DNA of 64,000 nucleotides from Elusimicrobiales bacterium (GCA_049972095.1 JBMFKQ010000004.1:1-64000), one strand, 5' to 3'. Shown: positions 30,155-41,606, numbered from the stretch's first letter. Numbers and translations are program-made. Notes: generated from the sequence alone by a model not told the origin.

Positions 30155-32146
30155 ATGCAGGTATTATTGGAAAAAGCCAAGGAAGAAATATTAAAAATTT
30201 GTAGAGTAAGCTGTGATGAGCTTTCAAATCTTATATACTCATCAGATGCTTCAATGATAAAAGCAAAACCAGCAGGTGTAATACACATAAATGATATTGA
30301 TGAGATATCAGCTGTTGTAAGAATCCTTTACAAAAACGGAGTTTCATTTACGCCAAGATGTGCAGGCACAAACCTAAGTGGTGGGGCAACGAACAGTAAA
30401 GGTGGATTTATAATAAATCTTGCTCAATGTAGAAAAATACATCAAATAGACACTCAAAAACAGATTGCCGTGGTAGAGCCTGGTGTTGTAAACATACATC
30501 TGCAAAAGGAGCTTGAAAGGTTTGGTTTTTTTTATCCGCCTGATCCAGCAAGTCAGAAGGTTTCGACAATAGGTGGTAATATTGGAGAAAATGCAGGCGG
30601 TCCAAGATGTATAAAATACGGTGTTACATTGAATAACGTGCATAGTCTTGAGATTGTCCTTCCTGACGGAACAGAGAGTTTTTTTTCAGTTGATGATTAT
30701 GGGCCTGAGCTTATAAATCTTTTTATAGGAAGTGAAGGGACACTTGGAATAATAAAAAAGGCGTATCTCAAAATATTTCCTATTCCATCTTTTTCAGGTG
30801 TAATATATGCAGAGTTTCATACACTTGAAGATGCTATGAAATCTGTTGAGGATATTATATCATCAGGTATCATTCCGGCAGCTATAGAAGGGCTTGACAG
30901 AATGACTGCTGAGCTTGTTCTTAAAAAAGAGCTTGATAAAAAGATTGAAGGCATGTTGATAATTGAGATAGATGCACATGATAAAGACGAGTTCTTAAAA
31001 CAGAAACAGGATATTGAAAATATAGTAAATAAAAGAGCAGTTCTGATTAAGTTTTCAGATGTAAAAGAGGAGATAGAAGAACTTTTCAGAATAAGAAAGG
31101 ATGCATATCCATCTCTTGCAAAAATAGCAAATAATATACTTGTTGAGGATGGATGTGTGCCAAGAAGTGTTCTTTCTCAAGCGGTTAAAGAAATAAAAGA
31201 GATAATATCAGAAAATGGGCTAAAAGCAACCCTTGTTTTTCATGCAGGTGATGGGAATATTCATCCAAATATAATCTTCGATGAAAGGGATGTAAAAGAG
31301 ACAAATAGAATAAGAAAGTTAGCTCGTAAAATTCTTGATGTTTATCTTAAATACAACGGAACAGTAAGTGCAGAGCATGGTATAGGGGTTGAGAAAAGGG
31401 GATATGTTGCACTCCAGCATGATAAAAATATACTTGAGATATTGTATAAGATAAAAAATCTAGTTGACGAAAAGAATCTATCAAATCCATACAAAAAAAT
31501 ACCTCTAACCTCAGATATACCGAAGAAGATTAAAAGGAAAACATATTATGTATCTGATTATCTAAAAGAGTTAGAGAATGAAATAAAAAAAAGATATAAC
31601 ACCAACACACCAAGTATAATTAAAGGCTCATCAACATATCTTAAAGGTGATTGGGGATTAAAAGAGCTTTCATCAAAAGATTTAAAAAGAATAGTTGATC
31701 TTGACACAAAAAACCTGATACTCATTGCAGAAAGTGGTATAAGCATTGATGTATTAAATGATCTTCTTAAAGATGAAGGATTTATGACACTTCCATACAA
31801 AGGAACACTTGGAGGTTTTGTTTCTCAAGGCTTGTGGCACCAAATAAGGGAGCTTATAGTTTTAGTTGATGTAATACTAAGCAATGGTGTGGTTTTACAT
31901 TTAGGTTCAAAAAACATAAAAGACACAAGTATATATGAGATAATGAGAATATTTATAGGCTCAAGAGGGAGTCTTGGTTTCATAACATCAGTTGGGATAA
32001 AAATATTTAAAGGCAAAGGTGATATAAAACTCACGCCTAAAAAACTTATCAAAAACATCTCCCCAATTCATCCAAAAATAAAAAAAGCCTTTGATGAAAA
32101 AAATCTCTTTAATCCCTTCTTAACACAGGAGCTATATGGGAAATGA
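30155..32146 (+). CDS. glcD: FAD-linked 2-hydroxyacid oxidase, GlcD with a fused GlcE-like C-terminal module
   Basis: YPPDPAS, ENAGGPRCIKYG, GSEGTLG, HAGDGNIH, EHGIG, then a second GSRGSLG...FDEKNLFNP. Confidence 0.85.
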   Translation: MQVLLEKAKEEILKICRVSCDELSNLIYSSDASMIKAKPAGVIHINDIDEISAVVRILYKNGVSFTPRCAGTNLSGGATNSKGGFIINLAQCRKIHQIDTQKQIAVVEPGVVNIHLQKELERFGFFYPPDPASQKVSTIGGNIGENAGGPRCIKYGVTLNNVHSLEIVLPDGTESFFSVDDYGPELINLFIGSEGTLGIIKKAYLKIFPIPSFSGVIYAEFHTLEDAMKSVEDIISSGIIPAAIEGLDRMTAELVLKKELDKKIEGMLIIEIDAHDKDEFLKQKQDIENIVNKRAVLIKFSDVKEEIEELFRIRKDAYPSLAKIANNILVEDGCVPRSVLSQAVKEIKEIISENGLKATLVFHAGDGNIHPNIIFDERDVKETNRIRKLARKILDVYLKYNGTVSAEHGIGVEKRGYVALQHDKNILEILYKIKNLVDEKNLSNPYKKIPLTSDIPKKIKRKTYYVSDYLKELENEIKKRYNTNTPSIIKGSSTYLKGDWGLKELSSKDLKRIVDLDTKNLILIAESGISIDVLNDLLKDEGFMTLPYKGTLGGFVSQGLWHQIRELIVLVDVILSNGVVLHLGSKNIKDTSIYEIMRIFIGSRGSLGFITSVGIKIFKGKGDIKLTPKKLIKNISPIHPKIKKAFDEKNLFNPFLTQELYGK

Positions 32147-33468
32147 AAAGATATAATGAACTATATACCCCAAATACCCCTCATCTCAAAGGCATCATAA
32201 CCCAAAACGGCACTTTTGATATATATGATGCTGTCTCAAGATGCACAAGGTGTGGATACTGTATTGAAACATGTCCAACATATGCTATCTTGAATGATGA
32301 AAGGCTATCTCCAAGAGGTAGAAACATAACAGTCAGAGCTCTTATAGAAGGAAGGTTAAAGGATGTCAGATATGCATCCTTTTCTATAGATAGTTGTCTT
32401 TTATGCAGTGCATGCAGTGATGTTTGCTATGGTGATGTTCCAACACCAGATGTAATCCTTGAGGCAAGAAGAGAAAAAAGAAGTTTATATGAGCAAGCAA
32501 TTTTAAAATTTATTCTCAGGATGAGAGAAAAGGCAAATGTATTTGATCTTATTGTGAAAATATTTTATCTTATGATAAAAGCAGGGCTTTTAAAAATTGC
32601 AGATAAGCTTGGATTTTTTAAGCTAATTGGGTTTCCTGCACTTTGTGAAGTAAGCAAAAAACTTTTTAATCCCCCCCTTAAATTTTTACATGAGAGCATA
32701 GAAAGATATATAAACATCAACCAAAATACACCCACAAAATGGGTATATTTTCTAACATGTGGAACAGACTATCTTTTCCCCAATGTAGGCAAATCAACAC
32801 TAAGGGTAATGAACAAGATATTTGGAAACATTATTTTTATGAAGAACAAATGCTGTGGGCTTATATCTTATAACTATGGTGATTTAGAAGATGCAAGAAA
32901 GCTTGCCATTGAGAATATAAACATATATCTGGAACTTAGAAAAATACATAAAGATCTTTTAATAGTCGTTGATTGTTCAAGCTGTGCTGCTTTTATGAAA
33001 AAATATCCACAGCTGTTTATAGATTCTTCCTATTACGATAGCGCAATTGAATTCTCATCAAAGGTAAAGGATATAATAGAGGTTATAAGACCCCAACACA
33101 TCACTGGACCTTTACCCAAAGAGCTAAAAAACAAAAAAATCACTATACATCATTCATGTAAGGCATATCGTGAAGAAAAGTTAAAAGACAATCAAGAAAA
33201 AGTGCTTCTTCCCCTTTTCAAAGAAAACCTTATAAACCTAGATGAGGTTATGTGCTGTGGAGGTGCAGGGGCATATACCTTTACACATCCTCAATACTCA
33301 CACCAAATACTTTTAAGAAAAATCAAAAACATAGCAGAAACCCACGCTGAGATAACTGTTGTAAGCTCAACAAGCTGTCTTATGCAGCTTGGCTATGGTA
33401 AGACAAAGTATTACCCCTACACAGAGGTAATTCATTACATCGAGCTTATAGACAAAATAATAGGGTAA
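32143..33468 (+). CDS. glcF: Fe-S oxidoreductase, GlcF-like
   Basis: CTRCGYCIETCPTY, SPRGR, CLLCSACSDVC, two CCG domains. Confidence 0.88.
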   Translation: MKRYNELYTPNTPHLKGIITQNGTFDIYDAVSRCTRCGYCIETCPTYAILNDERLSPRGRNITVRALIEGRLKDVRYASFSIDSCLLCSACSDVCYGDVPTPDVILEARREKRSLYEQAILKFILRMREKANVFDLIVKIFYLMIKAGLLKIADKLGFFKLIGFPALCEVSKKLFNPPLKFLHESIERYININQNTPTKWVYFLTCGTDYLFPNVGKSTLRVMNKIFGNIIFMKNKCCGLISYNYGDLEDARKLAIENINIYLELRKIHKDLLIVVDCSSCAAFMKKYPQLFIDSSYYDSAIEFSSKVKDIIEVIRPQHITGPLPKELKNKKITIHHSCKAYREEKLKDNQEKVLLPLFKENLINLDEVMCCGGAGAYTFTHPQYSHQILLRKIKNIAETHAEITVVSSTSCLMQLGYGKTKYYPYTEVIHYIELIDKIIG

Positions 33469-33475
33469 AAAATTC

Positions 33476-34693
33476 TTATCTCAAAAAATCTGAAAGGAGT
33501 TTTCTATTTTCAAGCTCTTTTAAAAAGCTTTGAAGGAAATAACCTTCAAAAATATCATCTATAACCTCAAATATATCAAAACCATTGTCATATGCTTTTT
33601 TAAACCAGAAGTATGTTCTTTCGAAATTCCTCTCTGCCTTCCACCACCAACATGCCCTTAATATATTGATCTTGGATGTTGTATCATCATCGCTGATATA
33701 TTTTCTTGCCTCATCATAATTATCAAGATACATCTCAACAAGTGCCCTCATAGATTTGTAGGATAAATTTGTTTTTGACTGAAAATATGATTTGAGAATA
33801 CTTTTAGCAACAGAGAAATCCATTGCTGCAGCAATATGCTTTCCATATGAAAGGTAAATTGCCCCTCTTGCTATATAGTATGAAGGGGATATATAAAAAT
33901 CTCCAAATACTAAACCCTCACTCTCAACAGCCACATTTATATCCTCCTCAGCCATATCATAGTATCTGTGATAGTCTTGTTCAAAACCTAAGAGCGATCT
34001 CTTAACCTTATCTACGAGTATGGAAGGAATTGAGTTTTTTGCTATAAGTTTAAGTAGTGATGCAATAGTTGCATAAATAATAGCTCTGTTTAGTCTGTAG
34101 ATACTATGTGAAGGTTTTATTTCTATTAAACGATTAAAATCATTAATAACCCCTACATAATTTTTTGTCAATAAATTTATATTTGCCCTTAAAACATAAT
34201 AATCAGCTGCTGATGGCTTCATCTTTATCGCTAAATTTATATCACCTATCGCACCATTAATCATCCCCATTCTATATCTTGTAAGCGCTCTTCTGTAATA
34301 GATATCTGAACCCCTTTTACCATTTTTTATCGCTTTAGTATAATACTCCTCTGCCAAAGAGTATTCTTTCTTATCATATAATAACCTTCCAAGTTCATAA
34401 TAAGCAAATGGATCTCTATCGTTGATATCTATAACCTTTTTAAGACACTTAAAAGCCATATCCTCATCCTTCATCATCCTATATACAATGGCAAGATTAT
34501 AATAAACAATACTCTCATCAGGCTTTATAAATGATGCATGAGTAAAATCCGAAAGGGCAAGTTCATATTCATGCTCTTGCATATAATAGAGTCCCCTTTC
34601 AAGATATAACCAGAAAAGATCATCATTACTCCCCTTTTTTGAAAGCTCCTCTATAAGGTGGGTATAATATTTTATTCTATCCCTTGTATCCAT
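33476..34693 (-). CDS. tetratricopeptide repeat protein
   Basis: Repeating YYNLA / YYELG / YYRRA helical repeats about 34 aa apart. Confidence 0.85.
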   Translation of the reverse strand: MDTRDRIKYYTHLIEELSKKGSNDDLFWLYLERGLYYMQEHEYELALSDFTHASFIKPDESIVYYNLAIVYRMMKDEDMAFKCLKKVIDINDRDPFAYYELGRLLYDKKEYSLAEEYYTKAIKNGKRGSDIYYRRALTRYRMGMINGAIGDINLAIKMKPSAADYYVLRANINLLTKNYVGVINDFNRLIEIKPSHSIYRLNRAIIYATIASLLKLIAKNSIPSILVDKVKRSLLGFEQDYHRYYDMAEEDINVAVESEGLVFGDFYISPSYYIARGAIYLSYGKHIAAAMDFSVAKSILKSYFQSKTNLSYKSMRALVEMYLDNYDEARKYISDDDTTSKINILRACWWWKAERNFERTYFWFKKAYDNGFDIFEVIDDIFEGYFLQSFLKELENRKLLSDFLR

Positions 34694-34714
34694 TACATAA
34701 GATTATACAAAATT

Positions 34715-35317
34715 CTAAAGTTTAAGACTGTAAAAACCATCTCCTTCAGGTATAAATCCTAACCTTTCAAGGTATAATCTGTAAATTTTGTTTGAAGAAT
34801 ATGTTCTAAGAATAGCATTCTTAAACTCAGGATTTGATGATAAATACGCAAAGAAATTTACTGCATTTTTAAAATCTCTCCAATCAGCAACTATATAGTC
34901 AATCTCTATCATAATACTCTTATCACTAATCTTTTTATATCCAAAAATGCCTACAAAAACAAAATTTCTTATTATTATGTAATACGAAAGACTTTTCAAA
35001 TCCTTTCTATCAACATCAGGAAAATATCTTTTTATATCATCAATATTTTCTTTAATAAAAGCTTCAATTAGCTCATTATAATTCATAGGAACAAATCTAA
35101 AATGCCCCAGTTCTTTCTTAAGCCTATGTATGTAGTACATATCAACTATAGCTATAAACAGATTTACAAGCCACACAGCATGAGCTTTTATCATAAAACC
35201 ATACATCACAAAAAGCAAAGCACCAAATAGATTAACTATTCTAAGCTTTAAAACATTTTTCATTAGAAGTGACAAAGCAATAACAAAAGAACCAATATAT
35301 CCTATGATTTCAGTCAT
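34715..35317 (-). CDS. YgjV-like membrane protein with a soluble GNAT-like C-terminus
   Basis: EIIGYIGS...KLRIVNLFGA three-TM N-terminus; IDY...RDFK and YLERLGF. Confidence 0.7.
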   Translation of the reverse strand: MTEIIGYIGSFVIALSLLMKNVLKLRIVNLFGALLFVMYGFMIKAHAVWLVNLFIAIVDMYYIHRLKKELGHFRFVPMNYNELIEAFIKENIDDIKRYFPDVDRKDLKSLSYYIIIRNFVFVGIFGYKKISDKSIMIEIDYIVADWRDFKNAVNFFAYLSSNPEFKNAILRTYSSNKIYRLYLERLGFIPEGDGFYSLKL

Positions 35318-35418
35318 ACAGTATAATATTTTATTATTTTCACCAATTTAATTGATAAATCAACAAACCACAAAATTCAGCCAACTGTTTTTTATGTATA
35401 TCAGTTCCTTCAATAAAA

Positions 35419-35811
35419 TCACTCTACAACTACATCAAACTCAGGTGGATCTATAATTGTCCTTTTAACGCTACATAGACTAACACTTTCCATAAGAGCC
35501 TTTTTATATTTTTCTGGAAAGTTAGATGAAAGTTTCATTTTTATAACAACCTTTGAAAGTCGGTGTTTTACGCCATCCCACTCCACCTCAAGCCACATCT
35601 TAAAGCCATCAGTATTCAACCTTCTTGTTTGAAAAAAACTTATTGCAAAAATCCCTGCACATGCTGCAAGCGAGGCCATAAAAAGATCGTATGGTGTCGG
35701 AGCTGTTCCATCTCCACCTGCCTCAACTGGTTGATCAGTTTTTATCTCAAAACCTCTAAATTTTACATTAACCTTTTTGTTTCCAGCAAAGATAACCTCA
35801 ATCTTTTCCAT
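35419..35811 (-). CDS. OsmC/YhfA family protein
   Basis: TDQP..GG....PTPYDLFMASLAAC, second Cys in LCSVKRT. Confidence 0.9.
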   Translation of the reverse strand: MEKIEVIFAGNKKVNVKFRGFEIKTDQPVEAGGDGTAPTPYDLFMASLAACAGIFAISFFQTRRLNTDGFKMWLEVEWDGVKHRLSKVVIKMKLSSNFPEKYKKALMESVSLCSVKRTIIDPPEFDVVVE

Positions 35812-35824
35812 AACCTACCTCCTT

Positions 35825-36496
35825 TTACCTAAAACCAAAAATCTTGTGAATCTGCGGTAAAAATCTAATATCAAAAAGTTTTTCATAAGCAATATTATAA
35901 AGTTTTTCAATAAGTTTTACAATCCTTTTGTCAATGATTAGTCTTGAATCTGGTTGTATAAAGAACGGAATTTTTCTATCCACCTTTGCAACACAATCAA
36001 CAGCAGTTCTAAAATCTGAAAGACTCACATCCAAATCAAAAACAAGCTTTACATAAAGAGTTTTGCCTTTTGAAAGATTTAAAAAACTAATATGCTCATC
36101 CCATAGAGCCTTTCCACAATACTGTGGAAGTTTTATATCAGCAGAAATAATATCTATCATCTTTCTAATGCGAATAAAGCTTTGTGGTAATGTAGCGTTT
36201 GTCTCAAGAAGATATCTATGATTCAAACCTAAGTCTTTTATAACATTTGATATAAAATCTGAATAAAGAAGCGGCTCACCACCTGTAAAAGAAATCACAT
36301 CTGTTTTATTTAAAAGGCTTTTTATCTTCTCGACCACATTAAAAACACTCATTTTTTTCCATTTTTTTGTGCTCTCATCACAATAACTACATCTCAGATT
36401 ACATCCATAAAACCTAACAAATATGTGTTTTTGTCCAACAAAAAGCCCTTCACCCTGAAATGAATCAAAAATCTCACTTACCTTGGCATAAATCAT
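35825..36496 (-). CDS. queE: 7-carboxy-7-deazaguanine synthase (radical SAM)
   Basis: EIFDSFQGEG, CNLRCSYCD, TGGEPLL, PQIHK; adjacent to queC. Confidence 0.9.
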   Translation of the reverse strand: MIYAKVSEIFDSFQGEGLFVGQKHIFVRFYGCNLRCSYCDESTKKWKKMSVFNVVEKIKSLLNKTDVISFTGGEPLLYSDFISNVIKDLGLNHRYLLETNATLPQSFIRIRKMIDIISADIKLPQYCGKALWDEHISFLNLSKGKTLYVKLVFDLDVSLSDFRTAVDCVAKVDRKIPFFIQPDSRLIIDKRIVKLIEKLYNIAYEKLFDIRFLPQIHKIFGFR

Positions 36497-37149
36497 AAGG
36501 CAGGATCCTTTATTCCAAGCTCACTAAAACCCTTTGCTCTAAGCCTACATGCATCACATCTTCCACAAGGTTTTTTACCACCTTCATAACAAGACCAACT
36601 ATATTCAATTGGTGCTTTTAATCTAAGAGCAAGCTCAATTATCTCTTTTTTTGAAAGATTTATTATTGGAGTCAATATTTTGATATTTCCCTTTTTTGTG
36701 CCATATTTCAAAGCATTGTTAAGATGTATATAGAAAGCTGGTCTGCAGTCAGGATATCCTGAAAAATCTATTGCATTCGGTCCCATTACTATGTAATCAA
36801 AGCCATAACTATCAGCATAAGAAGCAAGAAGAGATGCAAAAACAAGGTTTCTTGCAGGTACATATGTTGAAGGTATTAGGTTATTAGTTATTTTATCAAC
36901 AGGATTATTAGGTAGTGGAATATTTTTGGATACAAGACTACTTACCTTAAGCCATGGCAACACAAGCTTAACCTCAATCAGCTTAACCCCAAGAATCTTA
37001 GATATTTTTCTGGCTGAGTCAATCTCCCTTTTATGACGCTGTCCATAGTCAAAAATAACTGCAACAGTTTTATACCCTTTTCTCAAAGACCACATAAGGC
37101 ATGTTGTTGAGTCAAGCCCTCCAGAAAAACTAACAACTGCTTTTTTCAT
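36493..37149 (-). CDS. queC: 7-cyano-7-deazaguanine synthase
   Basis: SGGLDS, YGQRH, TYVPARN, GYPDCR, SCY...CGRCDAC; start placed at ATG 37149. Confidence 0.97.
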   Translation of the reverse strand: MKKAVVSFSGGLDSTTCLMWSLRKGYKTVAVIFDYGQRHKREIDSARKISKILGVKLIEVKLVLPWLKVSSLVSKNIPLPNNPVDKITNNLIPSTYVPARNLVFASLLASYADSYGFDYIVMGPNAIDFSGYPDCRPAFYIHLNNALKYGTKKGNIKILTPIINLSKKEIIELALRLKAPIEYSWSCYEGGKKPCGRCDACRLRAKGFSELGIKDPAL

Positions 37150-37181
37150 ACCCCACTCCCACAAAACCTCCTTTGTTTTTA

Positions 37182-38471
37182 TCAAACCTCATCTATCACC
37201 CTGCACCTTCTCAACCTACCATAAGCTGATACAACATTAACTCTATAAAAACAACCTAACCTCATATCTCTATCCGTCTCAAAAATGCCATCTATATCTG
37301 GAGCATCCATATATGATCTTGCACATCTTTGAGAATCAGCAATAACAACAAAATCTCTTCCCTGTATTTTTCTATTGAGCTCATTAAGCTTTATAGATGC
37401 TTTTGAAAGGAGTATTTTATATCTTTCATTCTTAATATTAGAGGGAATCTGTTTAAAAAAGTAAGAAGAGCTTCCTTTTTCACGAGAATATTTAAAGAGA
37501 TTTACATATGCAAAAGGATAATCATCAATAATCCTTACAACCTTCCTAAAATCAGATTCTGTCTCATATGGAAAGCCAACTATAAAATTCGTCCTTACTG
37601 CTGCATCTTTAATCTCACTGAATATCATATCAAGTAAATCTCTCATCATAACTTCATCATATCTTCTGTTCATAAGCCTTAAGATCTTTGAAGAGGCATG
37701 CTGAAGAGGGATATCAAAATATGGAAGAAGTTTTTTTGAGTTTTTCATATACTCAATTAGATCCCTACAAATCTCTGAAGGATAAAGATACATCAACCGT
37801 ATCCATGAAAGTGAGGGAATTTTTTCAAGCCTTTCAATTAGGCTAATAATGGATTTTTTACCATATATATCACTTCCATATCTAAGCGTATCCTGAGATA
37901 TTAAAACCAATTCCCTAACCCCACAATCTGCAAGAGCTTTTGCCTCAGCTATTAATTCTTCAATATTTCGTGATCTAAAATATCCCCTTATATTAGGTAT
38001 CACGCAGTAGCTACACATATTATTACAACCCTCAGATATTTTAAGATAAGCAACATGGTTTTTAGTAAGAAGAAACCTTGAACTATGATGGAAATATGAT
38101 GATGTTGATATTAGTCTTTGAGATGAGCGAGTAGTCACAAACCTTTCAAGCCCATCAAGTGACTCAACATCAACAAAGGCATCAACATCTGGATATCTTT
38201 TTAATATACTTTGCTTATACCTTGAGACCATACATCCTGCAACAACAACTTTTTTTATTGCACCCTTTTTCTTAAAATCAATAAACTTCTTTATAACCCT
38301 ATCAGATTCTCTTGTCGCTGATGAAAGAAAAGAGCATGTGTTTATAATAACCACATCACACTCAATTTCACTTGTAAAAATATATCCATTCCTCACAAAA
38401 ATATCAGCAATTCTTTCGCTGTCAACAAGATTTTTTGGACATCCAAGGCTTACAAGATGAAATCTTTTCAC
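37182..38471 (-). CDS. rimO: ribosomal protein S12 methylthiotransferase
   Basis: SLGCPKNLVDSE, EGCNNMCSYCVIP, RLMYLYP, DAPDIDG. Confidence 0.95.
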   Translation of the reverse strand: MKRFHLVSLGCPKNLVDSERIADIFVRNGYIFTSEIECDVVIINTCSFLSSATRESDRVIKKFIDFKKKGAIKKVVVAGCMVSRYKQSILKRYPDVDAFVDVESLDGLERFVTTRSSQRLISTSSYFHHSSRFLLTKNHVAYLKISEGCNNMCSYCVIPNIRGYFRSRNIEELIAEAKALADCGVRELVLISQDTLRYGSDIYGKKSIISLIERLEKIPSLSWIRLMYLYPSEICRDLIEYMKNSKKLLPYFDIPLQHASSKILRLMNRRYDEVMMRDLLDMIFSEIKDAAVRTNFIVGFPYETESDFRKVVRIIDDYPFAYVNLFKYSREKGSSSYFFKQIPSNIKNERYKILLSKASIKLNELNRKIQGRDFVVIADSQRCARSYMDAPDIDGIFETDRDMRLGCFYRVNVVSAYGRLRRCRVIDEV

Positions 38472-39409
38472 CTGCTAATAAATCCTTTCTCCTCAAGTTT
38501 CCTAAATATGTAAAAGATAAACCATGCTATAAAAACAGAGAGTACAAAAAACAATAGAAAAGCAACCCTTACATTTTCAATTCCAACAAAAGCACTAAGC
38601 TCAGACATACCAAACACAGAAGCAAAGTAGTTTGGAATAGAAACAGCGATTGTAATTACTGTAAGTGTCTTAAGCCAGAGGTTCATATTGTTGTTTATTA
38701 TTGATGCTCTTGCATCCATAAGATTTGAAAAAACCTGAAGGTATATCTCTGCTTGGTTCTTCGCTTGAGAGTTTTCTATGTATATATCCTCAAGATATTC
38801 TATGCTTCTTTGTGTAAAATTCATTCTTTTGGCTATTGTTCTTAGTTTTTCCAAGGCATATCCATTTGAGGCTATTGCACTTGTATAATAAACAAGAGAT
38901 TTTTCAAGAGTAAACATATGTATGAGATACTTATTATCCATAGACATTGAGATCTTTGTTTCTATTTCATCTGCTATCATATTTATGACCCTCAGATGCT
39001 CTATAAAATGGTATATTGAGTTATATATAATCTTCAAGAATATCTCTTTTATTCCTATAACATGCTGAAAATACTTTCCTGAAAATATATTTATATCTTC
39101 ATTAAGAATAACTATAAGCCTTTCTTTAAACAAGAAAAGCCCTATAGATGAAACCTTGAAAAGATAGTGATCTTTTGATGAGTAGTTTTTCGGTCTTTTA
39201 AATATAAGCTCTATTCTTTCATTATCAAACTCAACTCGCGCAGGTTCTTCAGGATCAAGAGAGGAGTTTATGTTATGTATATCAATAGAGTATTCTTGGG
39301 ATATCTTTTCCTTCTCAGCCTGATTTGGATTTATAAGAAGAATTATTTTACCCTCTTTATTTTCAACCTCTAATATCTTATTATTTTCTATGGTATAGTT
39401 CTTTATCAT
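38468..39409 (-). CDS. corA: CorA-family divalent cation transporter
   Basis: Soluble domain then two TM helices, INNNMN, GMS variant of the GMN motif. Confidence 0.88.
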   Translation of the reverse strand: MIKNYTIENNKILEVENKEGKIILLINPNQAEKEKISQEYSIDIHNINSSLDPEEPARVEFDNERIELIFKRPKNYSSKDHYLFKVSSIGLFLFKERLIVILNEDINIFSGKYFQHVIGIKEIFLKIIYNSIYHFIEHLRVINMIADEIETKISMSMDNKYLIHMFTLEKSLVYYTSAIASNGYALEKLRTIAKRMNFTQRSIEYLEDIYIENSQAKNQAEIYLQVFSNLMDARASIINNNMNLWLKTLTVITIAVSIPNYFASVFGMSELSAFVGIENVRVAFLLFFVLSVFIAWFIFYIFRKLEEKGFISR

Positions 39410-40311
39410 CTTTTAACCTTTTTTCTGTCTTTAAGATACTGTGATATAGTTTTCCCTATCTCACATAGATTTTCAATCACAACTATACCCGCTCTTTTTA
39501 GTTCATCAACCTTTGCCTGGTGAGTTCCGCTCAAACCCTCAACTATTGCTCCTGCATGCCCCATTCTTCTCCCCTTTGGTGCAGTTTTACCCGCTATAAA
39601 AGCAAAAACTGGTTTTTTGACATTCTCCTTTATAAACCTTGCAGCCTCCTCCTCCGCACTTCCACCAATCTCACCTATCATTAGTATCGCATCAGTCTGT
39701 TTATCCTGATTAAAAAGGGATATGACATCTATAAAATTCATACCTTGTATAGGATCACCTCCTATACCAACAACACTTGATTGTCCAAGACCTTCATTGG
39801 TTATCTGCCAAACAGCTTCATAGGTAAGGGTGCCTGACCTTGAAACTATACCAACACTTCCCTTTTTATGTATATACCCTGGCATTATTCCACACTTCGC
39901 TTCACCCGGGGTAATAACCCCAGGGCAGTTTGGACCAATAAGATATACCTCCTTCTTAGAAGCTCTAATCATATTAAGATGTTTTTTTACCCTTGCCATA
40001 TCAACAACTGGTATTCCTTCTGTTATACATATTATCACCTTTATTCCGTTATAAGCACACTCAAGAATAGAATCTGCTGCATAAGGAGCAGGCACAAAAA
40101 TCATTGCGGTATCTGCCTTAGTATGAAAAACAGCATCAGAAACTGTATTAAAAACAGGCAAGCCAAGATGTTGAGTTCCACCTTTTCCAGGTGTTACTCC
40201 TGCAACAATATTTGTGCCATACTTAATGCACTCGTTGGTATGAAAACTCCCATGACTTCCAGTCATACCACAAACCAAAACTCTGGATTTTTTATTTACC
40301 AAAATTGACAT
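39406..40311 (-). CDS. sucD: succinyl-CoA ligase alpha subunit
   Basis: [31 protein letters not shown]. Confidence 0.98.
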   Translation of the reverse strand: MSILVNKKSRVLVCGMTGSHGSFHTNECIKYGTNIVAGVTPGKGGTQHLGLPVFNTVSDAVFHTKADTAMIFVPAPYAADSILECAYNGIKVIICITEGIPVVDMARVKKHLNMIRASKKEVYLIGPNCPGVITPGEAKCGIMPGYIHKKGSVGIVSRSGTLTYEAVWQITNEGLGQSSVVGIGGDPIQGMNFIDVISLFNQDKQTDAILMIGEIGGSAEEEAARFIKENVKKPVFAFIAGKTAPKGRRMGHAGAIVEGLSGTHQAKVDELKRAGIVVIENLCEIGKTISQYLKDRKKVKR

Positions 40312-40322
40312 AAAGCCCCCTT

Positions 40323-41477
40323 TTAACCTGCAAGCTCAACTGCTTTTTTACAGGCAGACCATAAGTTATCTACCTGATAAAACCTCAACCCTGATTTTTC
40401 AAGCAAATCTTTTCCTTCTTTAACATTCGTTCCTTCAAGCCTCACGACCACAGGCAGCTTTATATCAACATTTTTGGCAGCTTCAATTATTCCCTTTGCT
40501 ATATTATCACATCTCATTATTCCACCAAATATATTAACAAGCACAGCCTTAACCTTTGGATCCTTCAATATAATCTTAAAAGCATTTGTTATCTGCTCTA
40601 CATTCGCCCCTCCCCCCACATCAAGAAAGTTTGCAGCATTTCCACCTGCAAGATTTATTGTATCAAGGGTTGCCATAGCAAGCCCTGCACCGTTAACCAT
40701 ACAACCTATATTGCCATCAAGGGATATATAGTTTATCCCTACTTTCTTTGCCTCCTTTTCAAGATCGCTTGATTCTCTGTCGGGAAGGACTTCTATATCC
40801 TTATGCCTAAAAAGGGCATTATCATCTATTATCAGCTTTGAATCAAGTGCTATAAGCTTTTTATCCTTCGTTATTACTAAAGGATTTATCTCAACAAGGC
40901 TTGCATCATATTCTATAAAAAGCCTAACAAGATTTTTCAAAAACTCTGTAAAATCACAAAAAATCTCATTTGGTATTGATAGCTTATAAGCGAGAGCTCT
41001 TGCCTGCCACATCATAACACCACTCTCTATATCCACAGGTATTTTAATAATAAGCTCGGGAGTTTTTTGAGCAAGTTCCTCTATAGAGATTCCCCCCTCT
41101 CTTGATGCTATTATAAGTGGCATTGAAATATTTCTGTCCATTATAACCGATATATACATCTCCCTTTCAATCTCGCTTGCCTTTTCTATCAAAACCTCCT
41201 CAACCTTAACACCATTTTTACCAGTCTGGTTTGTCACAAGCATCATACCAAGCATATTCTTCACAATCTCCGATGCCTCTTTTTCATTTTTTGCAATTCT
41301 AACCCCACCTGCCTTACCCCTTCCACCCGCAAGCACTTGTGCCTTTATAACAACAGGATATTCTATTATATTTATCTTTTTAAACTCATCATAGCTTCTA
41401 ACAACACCAAATCTTTTTGCAACAGGTATAGAATACTTCTCAAAAAGCTTCTTTCCTTCATATTCAACAAGCTTCAT
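40323..41477 (-). CDS. sucC: succinyl-CoA ligase beta subunit
   Basis: [40 protein letters not shown] 41477 after GGAGGTGA. Confidence 0.98.
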   Translation of the reverse strand: MKLVEYEGKKLFEKYSIPVAKRFGVVRSYDEFKKINIIEYPVVIKAQVLAGGRGKAGGVRIAKNEKEASEIVKNMLGMMLVTNQTGKNGVKVEEVLIEKASEIEREMYISVIMDRNISMPLIIASREGGISIEELAQKTPELIIKIPVDIESGVMMWQARALAYKLSIPNEIFCDFTEFLKNLVRLFIEYDASLVEINPLVITKDKKLIALDSKLIIDDNALFRHKDIEVLPDRESSDLEKEAKKVGINYISLDGNIGCMVNGAGLAMATLDTINLAGGNAANFLDVGGGANVEQITNAFKIILKDPKVKAVLVNIFGGIMRCDNIAKGIIEAAKNVDIKLPVVVRLEGTNVKEGKDLLEKSGLRFYQVDNLWSACKKAVELAG

Positions 41478-41542
41478 AAAATCACCTCCACAGGACAAAA
41501 GATGACTAATATAATTTTACAATTTTTTATCTCACCAAACTC

Positions 41543-41597
41543 AAAAAAAAACCTTTCAAATCTCCAAAGGAAATAAAAATCATTTGAGAGTTTGAAA
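41543..41597 (-). terminator. possible intrinsic terminator after the hppA operon
   Basis: Minus-strand imperfect stem TTTCAAACTCTCAAA/TTTGGAGATTTGAAA followed by a T9 run. Confidence 0.45.
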
Positions 41598-41606
41598 TAT
41601 AGCCAC

